64,000 nucleotides of DNA from Rikenellaceae bacterium. Its GTDB lineage: Bacteria > Bacteroidota > Bacteroidia > Bacteroidales > Rikenellaceae. Both the position numbers and the translations under genes were made by a program. Location: the NCBI GenBank assembly GCA_015060165.1, contig SUZC01000006.1:49744-113743 (forward strand), written 5' to 3'. Below, piece after piece: positions 19,146-26,792 of this stretch. The notes below the pieces were generated by a model that did not search any database, was not told the DNA's origin, and saw only the letters and a list, made by a program, of their open reading frames with translations. Within the stretch, counting starts at the first letter, position 1; every line of letters starts with the position of its first letter.

Positions 19146-21179
19146 ATGAGACCTATTCATCTTTTAATTGCCGCAACAACACTCTTTGCGGTATCTGCCT
19201 CGGCGGCAAAGAAAGAGGAAAAACCTCAAGCAGTATTCAATAGAGCACCGCTCGTTGAAGTACCTTATGCCCAACTTCCGATCGGAGAGATCCAACCCGA
19301 AGGCTGGCTCAGAACACAGATGCAGACAATGATCGATGGAATGACAGGCAACCTCGACCAGATATATGAGTTTGTTGTCGGTGACAATAATGCTTGGCTC
19401 GGTGGCGAAGGTGACGCTTGGGAGCGTGGTCCATATTGGATTGATGGAGCGCTACCAATGGCATATATTATGGGCGATGAGGAGCTGAAAAAGAAATCTC
19501 TAAAGTGGGTAGAAGCTATATTGGCCAGCCAAAAGGAGAACGGATTCTTCGGTCCTGACACCGACCGCCCCTACATCGCAGGTATGCAGCGTGGCAACGC
19601 AGCAGATTGGTGGCCAAGAATGGTTGCACTGAAAATCTTGCAGCAATATTATATGGCTACAGGCGATAAGCGAGTTGTCGATTTTATGACTCGTTATTTC
19701 CACTATCAGCTCGAAACCCTACCTAAGACCCCACTCGGAAATTGGACATTCTGGGCTACGGAGCGAGGTGGTGACAACCTGCTCATAGTGCATTGGCTTT
19801 ACAACATTACCGGTGATGAGAAGTTGTTGAAGTTAGGCGAGATTATCCACTCGCAATCAGCAGATTGGACAGACCGCTTCACAACCAACAACCATCTATA
19901 TCGTCAAAATAGTATCCACTGTGTAAATCTCGGTCAGGGATTCAAAGAGCCCGTTATCAACTGGCAGCAGTCAAAGGACAACAAGCATCTTAATGCCCCA
20001 CTTGAGGCTTTGAAACGTATCCGTACAACTATCGGATTCCCAATCGGTTTGTGGGCAGGCGACGAGTATCTGCATTTTGGTAAACCGACTCGTGGTTCAG
20101 AGCTTTGTACTGCCGTTGAGATGATGTACTCTTTAGAGGAGATGTATCGAATTACAGGCGACAATACCTATGCTGACCTATTGGAACGAGTAGCGTACAA
20201 CGCATTGCCAACACAGATTACCGATGCCGGCGATGCACGCCAATATTATCAGCAGATAAATCAGGTGGAAGTGACACGCAAACCGCGCCACTTCTCTACT
20301 CCCCACGAAAATACAGACATTCTGTTCGGCACACTCACTGGTTATCCGTGCTGTACCTGCAACCTACACCAGGCTTGGCCAAAACTCACACAAAATCTTT
20401 GGTTGAAGAGCGTTGAAGGTGGCTTGGCTGCAATGGTATATGCACCTTCAAAAGTGTCGACTACCCTCCCATCGGGTGCAAAAGTTGAGATTCTGGAGCA
20501 GACGAACTACCCATTCGAGGAGCAGATTGCATTTACATTCTCTCTGCCCGAGCGCAAACATCGTTCGGCTGAGTTCCCACTCGATTTGCGTATTCCAGAG
20601 TGGAGCAATGGTTACACCCTTACAATCAATGGCGAGCAGGTTAAAGCTACCAATATCCGCAAGGGTACTATCCGCATTGCACGTACTTGGAATGATGGCG
20701 ACAAAGTGGTTTTGACACTCAACGCAACAGTCAAATCATCACGCTGGTACGACAATGCAGCTGTGATTGAGCGAGGTCCATTGGTATATGCTCTTCGTAT
20801 GGAGGAGAAGTGGGAGAAGCACATCTGCGAGGGTGCTGACAAGCAGAAGTATGGCGATTACTATTACGAAGTTACATCACCCACTCGTTGGAATGTAGCA
20901 CTCCGTGGCGGCGACTTGAAGGCTGAGAACATTGCCGCTAAGTTTGTGGTTGAGAAGAGTGAGTGCAGCGATAAACCTTGGTCGCTGGAGAGTGCACCTA
21001 TAAAGATTAAGGCTGAAGCTCACATCTTGCCTACTTGGACGATGGAGCATAACTCTGCAGGAGATTTCGCATATTACTCACAGCAACCACCAAAGGGTGA
21101 GGTTGGCGAGGTTGTAACTATTGAACTTATCCCTTATGGATGTACAACTCTTCGTATCGCAGAGTTCCCAGTTAGATAG
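19146..21179 (+). CDS. Secreted GH127/DUF1680-like beta-L-arabinofuranosidase family protein
   Basis: Signal peptide; Glu/Cys cluster SELCTAVEM and YPCCTCN resembling the GH127 Zn-Cys3-Glu site. Confidence 0.65.
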   Translation: MRPIHLLIAATTLFAVSASAAKKEEKPQAVFNRAPLVEVPYAQLPIGEIQPEGWLRTQMQTMIDGMTGNLDQIYEFVVGDNNAWLGGEGDAWERGPYWIDGALPMAYIMGDEELKKKSLKWVEAILASQKENGFFGPDTDRPYIAGMQRGNAADWWPRMVALKILQQYYMATGDKRVVDFMTRYFHYQLETLPKTPLGNWTFWATERGGDNLLIVHWLYNITGDEKLLKLGEIIHSQSADWTDRFTTNNHLYRQNSIHCVNLGQGFKEPVINWQQSKDNKHLNAPLEALKRIRTTIGFPIGLWAGDEYLHFGKPTRGSELCTAVEMMYSLEEMYRITGDNTYADLLERVAYNALPTQITDAGDARQYYQQINQVEVTRKPRHFSTPHENTDILFGTLTGYPCCTCNLHQAWPKLTQNLWLKSVEGGLAAMVYAPSKVSTTLPSGAKVEILEQTNYPFEEQIAFTFSLPERKHRSAEFPLDLRIPEWSNGYTLTINGEQVKATNIRKGTIRIARTWNDGDKVVLTLNATVKSSRWYDNAAVIERGPLVYALRMEEKWEKHICEGADKQKYGDYYYEVTSPTRWNVALRGGDLKAENIAAKFVVEKSECSDKPWSLESAPIKIKAEAHILPTWTMEHNSAGDFAYYSQQPPKGEVGEVVTIELIPYGCTTLRIAEFPVR

Positions 21180-21263
21180 TTTATGAACCAAAAGATGGCA
21201 GGTTAATTAATGCCGGCTATTGCAAAATAGGTATTTATACTACCCGCCATAACATTTATATAT

Positions 21264-21299
21264 AGTAACTTTGCCGCATAAGCAAAGTTACTTTTTTTT
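21264..21299 (+). terminator. Intrinsic terminator downstream of GH127-like gene
   Basis: 11-bp stem agtaactttgc / gcaaagttact plus T7, ending 1 nt before ATG 21300. Confidence 0.6.
21266..21273 (+). promoter_or_regulatory. Bacteroides-type -7 box (TAACTTTG) embedded in terminator stem
   Basis: TAnnTTTG 27 nt upstream of ATG 21300; would give a short leader for the Hdr-like operon. Confidence 0.35.
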
Positions 21300-21995
21300 A
21301 TGAGCAAATACTTCGATATGCTGCTGGAAGATGTACGCCTCAGAGAGGGCCTCACAGCTTGTATGAACTGTGGAGTCTGCACTGCCGTATGCCCAGCTGC
21401 CGCATTCTATAACTACGACCCTCGCCAGATAGTGAGCATCGTGCAGACTCGTGACGATGAAGCTATTGAGGAGCTGCTAAAGAGCGATACAATATGGTAT
21501 TGCGGAGAGTGTATGTCGTGCCGCCCCCGTTGCCCAAGAGGCAATACTCCGGGATATGTAATTCAGGCCCTGCGCACATTATCGCAAAAGTTGGGATTTT
21601 TCGTTGAGAGCGAAAAAGGTCGTCAGCAGTTGGCTCTGAAACGCGCTATTGGTGACAACATCCTGCGTACGGGATATTGCCTAACGCCACGCAACATCCG
21701 CCCAGAGTTGCACCCTGAACAGGGAACTGTATGGAAGTGGATTATCGACAATGACGAGCAGATTTTCGGACAATTCACACCTTGTTATGGTAAAGAGGGT
21801 GCTGGCGCATTACGAAAAGTTACCGACCAGACACTCGATGAGATTCACAAGATTTTTGATGTAACTGGTGGAACAGAAATGTTTGACACCATTGAGAAAT
21901 TCTCCGACAAAAAGGCCCGCGAGATGGGATTTGACGGTGCCAACGAGGAGTACTTTATGGAGGTATACACCCGTAATTCTAACGAACATTATTAG
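21300..21995 (+). CDS. HdrC-like 2x[4Fe-4S] protein
   Basis: CMNCGVCTAVCP and CGECMSCRPRCP motifs with HdrC-like spacing. Confidence 0.75.
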   Translation: MSKYFDMLLEDVRLREGLTACMNCGVCTAVCPAAAFYNYDPRQIVSIVQTRDDEAIEELLKSDTIWYCGECMSCRPRCPRGNTPGYVIQALRTLSQKLGFFVESEKGRQQLALKRAIGDNILRTGYCLTPRNIRPELHPEQGTVWKWIIDNDEQIFGQFTPCYGKEGAGALRKVTDQTLDEIHKIFDVTGGTEMFDTIEKFSDKKAREMGFDGANEEYFMEVYTRNSNEHY

Positions 21996-21998
21996 GAT

Positions 21999-23084
21999 AT
22001 GAAACGCTCAAGCTGGACTGATTATCAAAAAGATATAGCCGACGACCACTACTACTATGCTCGTTCGTGCATCCGCCAGAATTTCTTTCCCGGCAGCGAG
22101 AAGGTATTTCTCGATATTCTGGGGAACAAACTTGGCCGCGACATCTTTGACGACCCATTGCACACATCGTGCACAGGTATCGGATACCACTCCGATGTAG
22201 TACCTTTGGAGACCATTATGACAGTTGTGGCTCGCCAATTTGCATTGATGAGTGAAGCTGGTTACGAGAACTTTACATCATCGTGTATCACATCGTTTGG
22301 TATCTATACCGAACTATTGGCCACTTGGGAAGAGTTCCCCGAAACAGAAGAGAAGACTCGCGAGAATCTATACAAAGCCACAGGCCGAGAGTTCAAGAAG
22401 CCCAAAAACTTAGCCCATACATCAGATGTGATTTTCCACCACCGCGAAGAGATTGCACAGAAGGCTGTGAGAAAGTTGATCAACTATCATACGGGCGAAC
22501 CATTGAAGGTGGTTGAACACATCGGTTGCCACTATGCAAAGATTTTCCCGAAATCAGGAATCGGAGGTTCGGAGTTCCCATATGTATTAGCCGGAATGGT
22601 CGAGTCGTGGGGAGGTGAATTGGTCGACTATCCGGAACGTCGCCATTGCTGCGGATTCGGTTTCCGCAACTATTTGGTTCAAGCAAACAGAGGTTACTCA
22701 ATAGCAAACTCACACAAAAAATTGGAGAGTATGGCTCCATACAAGCCCGATTTTATTGTCTGCAACTGCCCAGGTTGCTCGATGTTCCTCGATAAGTGGC
22801 AATACACGATTGCCGAGATGGAGGGTACAACCTACGGTTCGGGTGGTCAAGGCATACCAGTACTTACATACGAGGAGATGGCAGGACTTGTACTCGGATA
22901 CGATCCATGGGAGTTGGGTATGCAGATGCACCAGGTAGATGTTGAGCCACTACTCGACAAAATGGGTATCGAGTATGATCCATCGGCAAAATATCTGGGC
23001 CGCAACGGAAAATACCTCGGACGTCCTGAGCGAGCGATCGTAAATAGTTGTTCTAAAGATACACTTTACAAGATTAAACTATAG
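21999..23084 (+). CDS. HdrB-like CCG-domain protein (first CCG domain degenerate)
   Basis: Intact C-terminal CCG domain HCCGFG...CNCPGC; N-terminal copy reads SCTGIG...SSCITS. Confidence 0.7.
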   Translation: MKRSSWTDYQKDIADDHYYYARSCIRQNFFPGSEKVFLDILGNKLGRDIFDDPLHTSCTGIGYHSDVVPLETIMTVVARQFALMSEAGYENFTSSCITSFGIYTELLATWEEFPETEEKTRENLYKATGREFKKPKNLAHTSDVIFHHREEIAQKAVRKLINYHTGEPLKVVEHIGCHYAKIFPKSGIGGSEFPYVLAGMVESWGGELVDYPERRHCCGFGFRNYLVQANRGYSIANSHKKLESMAPYKPDFIVCNCPGCSMFLDKWQYTIAEMEGTTYGSGGQGIPVLTYEEMAGLVLGYDPWELGMQMHQVDVEPLLDKMGIEYDPSAKYLGRNGKYLGRPERAIVNSCSKDTLYKIKL

Positions 23085-23087
23085 AGA

Positions 23088-24101
23088 ATGAAACATGTCA
23101 TCATCATAGGCGGAGGAGTAGCCGGAATGCAATGTGCAAGCGAGCTAGCTCGCCAAGGAGTGAAAGTCACAATCATAGAAAAAGAGTCCGACACAGGTGG
23201 TAAGGTGAAGAATTGGCACAAATTATTCCCCACGTTCACACCTGCATCGGAGGTACTTAGCGGACTACGTCACAAGATTGCTGCTACCGACAATGTCACA
23301 ATAAAGACCGGCTGCGAAGCTACAGAAATCAGCAGCAACTGCGTTGGTTTAGCTTCAGGCGAGGAACTTTCGTGCGATGCGGTGGTAATTGCTACGGGTT
23401 ATACCCTCTTCGATGCGCGCATCAAAGAGGAGTATGGTTATGGCATATACGACAACGTCATCACCGCAGCCGATTTGGAAGAGATGTTCAACAAAAACGA
23501 TGTGAGATTGGTCGACGGCCGAGTTCCACGCCGAATTGCCATACTACACTGCGTAGGTTCACGAGATGAGAAGGTATGCCAGCGCCACTGCTCGAAGGTA
23601 TGCTGCGTAACAGGAGTAAAGCAGGCTATCGAGCTCAAACAGACATTTCCTTCGGCCGATGTGTTTAATTTCTATATGGATATTCGTATGTTTGGCCCCG
23701 GCTACGAGGAGATGTATCGCGAGGCACAACAGAAATACAACGTACACTTCGTACGTGGACGTATTTCAGAAGTGAGCCCTACGATTGACAACCGACTGCA
23801 GATCAAGGCTGAAGACACACTAACAGGCCGTCCTTTGAAGATTGGAGTCGATATGTTGGTACTCTTGATTGGCATGCGTGCCAACGATATGAACGCAAAA
23901 CTCGAATCGGGAAACGGCTTGTTGCGTCAAGCCAGCGGATTTATGCAACCAAAAGATGCATTCCTGGGTAATGCCGAAAGTAATGTGGATGGAATCTTCT
24001 ATGCAGGAGCTGTGACAGCTCCAAAGAATGTGGCCGAGGCTCTATGTGACGGAGCGACTGCTGCTGCGCGAGTGGCCGATTGGCTTTCGAAGAAGGAGTA
24101 A
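23088..24101 (+). CDS. Short HdrA/QmoA-like FAD-dependent oxidoreductase
   Basis: GGGVAGMQCA dinucleotide fold; HCVGSRD...CQRHCSKVCC cysteine cluster characteristic of HdrA family. Confidence 0.75.
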   Translation: MKHVIIIGGGVAGMQCASELARQGVKVTIIEKESDTGGKVKNWHKLFPTFTPASEVLSGLRHKIAATDNVTIKTGCEATEISSNCVGLASGEELSCDAVVIATGYTLFDARIKEEYGYGIYDNVITAADLEEMFNKNDVRLVDGRVPRRIAILHCVGSRDEKVCQRHCSKVCCVTGVKQAIELKQTFPSADVFNFYMDIRMFGPGYEEMYREAQQKYNVHFVRGRISEVSPTIDNRLQIKAEDTLTGRPLKIGVDMLVLLIGMRANDMNAKLESGNGLLRQASGFMQPKDAFLGNAESNVDGIFYAGAVTAPKNVAEALCDGATAAARVADWLSKKE

Positions 24102-24122
24102 TAACAGAGCAATCAGACAGAG

Positions 24123-24452
24123 ATGATTAATTTTGGATTTTCTATAAGTCGCCCGCGTGTAATCGACATTGACCGCAACAATCTCAACAAAAGTAAGGAG
24201 ATTATTGCCGAGATGCCCGAATTGCAGGCTTGCATAGGTTGCGGCTCATGCACAGCAACCTGCACAGCGGGAAACCTCACTGAATATAACTTCCGCAAGG
24301 TTCACACCCTCGTACGCCGTGGCGAATACCAGGGAGCCTATGAGGAGTTGAATAAATGTATGCTCTGTGGAAAGTGCCGTTTGGCATGTCCGCGTGGCAT
24401 AAACACTCGCGGTGTGATAATGTTAATTAAACGTAAATTGGGTGATTTCTAA
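24123..24452 (+). CDS. Small 2x[4Fe-4S] ferredoxin-like protein
   Basis: CIGCGSCTATC and CMLCGKCRLACP motifs in 109 aa. Confidence 0.75.
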   Translation: MINFGFSISRPRVIDIDRNNLNKSKEIIAEMPELQACIGCGSCTATCTAGNLTEYNFRKVHTLVRRGEYQGAYEELNKCMLCGKCRLACPRGINTRGVIMLIKRKLGDF

Positions 24453-24453
24453 T

Positions 24454-26247
24454 ATGACATTCTTCGCAAATTTCTGTATACCATTCATTTTGGGTGCAAC
24501 AGTGTTATTTGTCACGATTACAATAAAATATATATCGTGGTTGAAATCGCTACCCAAAAGCGACCTAAAACTTATAGTAAAAGGTATACTATCGCCACAA
24601 ACCTTGGTTTCGATATGGGAGGTAGTACGCGAATCACTACTCCATGCTCGCATATTCCGCGTAAATCGCCGCCTCGGATATATGCATATGAGCCTGGCAT
24701 TTGGATGGTTCTTACTTATCGTAGTAGGATGGATTGAGACTGTTGCCTACCTGGGATTTAGATGGGTGCCACTGCAAGGGCACGTATTCTTCAAATACTT
24801 TGCAGCATTAAATGGGCTGAATGCCCACATCGCAATTTTCGATTTTGTGATGGATCTATTGCTGCTATTTGTGCTGTCGGGAGTAACATTGGCGTGGTAC
24901 AAGCGTCGTAACTCTGCAAAGTTGGGCATGAAGCGAGCTACGCAACACATCTTCTTCGACAAAATTGCATTGACCGCTCTTTGGTTTGTATTCCCGGTGA
25001 GATTGATTGCAGAGAGTATCACAGCCGGTATCTATGGTGGTGGCGGATTCCTCACCGGAGGCTTGGGTAAGCTACTTGCAATGACTATTGGAAGTGGTGC
25101 ATTGGAGTGGGTCTACGAGCCAATCTGGTGGCTATACTCTCTTGCACTTGGCATTTTCTTTATGGCAATGCCCTTCTCGAGATATATGCATATCTTCACC
25201 GAGATACCCCTTATCTTCCTGCGCAACTACAAACTACGCCCACAAGACAAGGAGAAATCGTACGACAATTTCGAAGTGGAGGCTTGCTCGCGATGCGGTA
25301 TCTGCATCGACCCCTGCCAATTGCAGCAACAACTCGGCATCCACGATGTGCAATCGGTATACTTTCTGCGCGACCGCCGCTACAATATGCTCCAGCAAAA
25401 GATTGCCCACAACTGTTTGATGTGTGGCCGTTGCGAGCAGGTGTGTCCAGTGGGAATCAACCTCAATACGCTGCGCCTGAATTCTCGTACTTCGATGCGT
25501 AATATCCCCAACGAAGGACGATACAACTACCTGCGAGGAAAAGATTACTCCTCGGGCGAAGGCAAAGTTGGTTATTTTGCTGGCTGTATGACACTCCTTA
25601 CCCCAAATACTCTCAATGCCATGCGCAAGATTTTTGAGACTGCCCGTGAAAAAGTATGGTGGGCAGATAAGGATGGAGGTGTATGTTGTGGTCGCCCTAT
25701 GAAACTAACCGGTGAGACAGATTCGGCACAAGGCATGATGGACTTCAATAAAAAACTCTTTGAAAAACATAACATATCGACTCTTGTTACATCATGTCCG
25801 ATATGCTTGAGAGTATTTCGTGAAGAGTATAATTTGAAGGGAATTGAGGTGCTGCACCACTCTGAATATATTCTTAGGTTGCTACAACAGGGACGCCTGA
25901 GAGTAAAGTACAGCACAGAGCAGACCTTTACTTACCACGACCCCTGCGAACTTGGCCGCGGTAGCGGCATATACGAACAGCCACGCGCTGTAATCGAGGC
26001 AATCGGTCAACTTCTTGAGCCTGCCCACAACCGCAAAAATGCGCTTTGTTGTGGCTCGTCACTTGCAAATACCGCCATTGACGACAAACAACAGCTTACA
26101 ATTGCTAGCGGTGTTGCCGAGGAGATGGATGCAACTGGCGCCAAGACCCTTGTCACAGCCTGCCCTCTCTGCAAAAAGGCTATTGCTCGAGGAACGAAGA
26201 GTAAAGTTGTTGACCTTTCAGAAATCGTGGCAGGAAATTTGAAATAG
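24454..26247 (+). CDS. Membrane cytochrome-b-like (NarI/DsrM/HdrE-type) domain fused to HdrD/DsrK-like Fe-S/CCG domain
   Basis: About 5-6 N-terminal TM segments with conserved-looking His (YMHMSLAFGW, RYMHIF), CSRCGICIDPC, CLMCGRCEQVCP, two intact CCG domains (CCGRP...CPICL; CCGSS...CPLCK); ATG 24454 preferred over GTG 24442. Confidence 0.7.
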   Translation: MTFFANFCIPFILGATVLFVTITIKYISWLKSLPKSDLKLIVKGILSPQTLVSIWEVVRESLLHARIFRVNRRLGYMHMSLAFGWFLLIVVGWIETVAYLGFRWVPLQGHVFFKYFAALNGLNAHIAIFDFVMDLLLLFVLSGVTLAWYKRRNSAKLGMKRATQHIFFDKIALTALWFVFPVRLIAESITAGIYGGGGFLTGGLGKLLAMTIGSGALEWVYEPIWWLYSLALGIFFMAMPFSRYMHIFTEIPLIFLRNYKLRPQDKEKSYDNFEVEACSRCGICIDPCQLQQQLGIHDVQSVYFLRDRRYNMLQQKIAHNCLMCGRCEQVCPVGINLNTLRLNSRTSMRNIPNEGRYNYLRGKDYSSGEGKVGYFAGCMTLLTPNTLNAMRKIFETAREKVWWADKDGGVCCGRPMKLTGETDSAQGMMDFNKKLFEKHNISTLVTSCPICLRVFREEYNLKGIEVLHHSEYILRLLQQGRLRVKYSTEQTFTYHDPCELGRGSGIYEQPRAVIEAIGQLLEPAHNRKNALCCGSSLANTAIDDKQQLTIASGVAEEMDATGAKTLVTACPLCKKAIARGTKSKVVDLSEIVAGNLK

Positions 26248-26367
26248 CTACTATAGCATAGGATTAGTTCAAATCGTATATGGTTAATTAACAACCTTAT
26301 ATGATAACCAAGGTCAACACAACGGCAAAAAAAGCGGCAAATATTTTGCTTATATAAATATTTTGCC

Positions 26368-26375
26368 TATCTTTG
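26368..26375 (+). promoter_or_regulatory. Bacteroides-type -7 box (TATCTTTG) for tRNA-fMet
   Basis: TAnnTTTG 48 nt upstream of tRNA 5' end, TTTG about 20 nt further upstream. Confidence 0.45.
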
Positions 26376-26422
26376 CACCACGAAATGAGAGATATCGGGC
26401 AAATGCCCATATAAAGATACAT

Positions 26423-26498
26423 CGCGGGGTAGAGCAGTTGGCAGCTCGTCGGGCTCATAACCCGGAGGTCGGAGGTTCGAGTCCTCCCCCCGCTACCA
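26423..26498 (+). tRNA. Initiator tRNA-fMet (anticodon CAT)
   Basis: CGCGGGG...CTCATAA...TTCGAGT...CCCCGCTACCA; near-identical layout to E. coli tRNA-fMet, unpaired 1:72 (C:U), GGG/CCC in anticodon stem, encoded CCA. Confidence 0.95.
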
Positions 26499-26500
26499 TA

Positions 26501-26534
26501 GAGGAAATCCAAATTGGATTTCCTCTTTTATTTT
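26501..26534 (+). terminator. Intrinsic terminator of tRNA-fMet
   Basis: 11-bp stem gaggaaatcca / tggatttcctc, 3-nt loop, TTTTATTTT. Confidence 0.8.
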
Positions 26535-26535
26535 A

Positions 26536-26554
26536 TGGTAGCGGGAGGAGGACT
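26536..26554 (-). repeat. Inverted partial copy of tRNA-fMet 3' end (18/19 nt)
   Basis: tggtagcgggaggaggact vs reverse complement of 26480..26498 tggtagcggggggaggact. Confidence 0.8.
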
Positions 26555-26701
26555 TATGTCCTCAAATATATTTACATTCCCTCCCCTCTGTCCCCTCCCT
26601 TTGGCAAAGGGAGGGGCTACCTAACCACTCCACAAAGAGGATAACGACTTCAAAGTCTTTCAGGAACAGGTTAGAAATTTCGATGCAATGTCCTACTAAA
26701 G

Positions 26702-26733
26702 AGGACAAATCGCAAGATTCGTCCTTTTTTTTG
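26702..26733 (+). terminator. Orphan intrinsic terminator (GCAA tetraloop, T8)
   Basis: aggacaaatc-gcaa-gattcgtcct followed by tttttttt; no ORF upstream of it. Confidence 0.6.
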
Positions 26734-26756
26734 TTGTATAAAGCTGAATGTTTTTG

Positions 26757-26764
26757 TATATTTG
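26757..26764 (+). promoter_or_regulatory. Bacteroides-type -7 box (TATATTTG) for GH92 gene
   Basis: TAnnTTTG 29 nt upstream of ATG 26793. Confidence 0.45.
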
Positions 26765-26792
26765 TAATGCAACTTAACTACATTACAATCAG

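Noticed and set aside
21264-21299. Hairpin plus T-run ending 1 nt before the first Hdr-like start codon, considered as an attenuator or riboswitch expression platform
   Set aside because: It is more simply the terminator of the upstream GH127-like gene. Its left arm contains a TAACTTTG -7 box that would start the Hdr-like transcript inside the hairpin, so no attenuation is needed. I saw no upstream aptamer-like structure.
26297-26644. ORFs 26297..26512 (-) and 26363..26644 (+)
   Set aside because: Both read straight through the tRNA-fMet gene and its terminator, so they are not coding.
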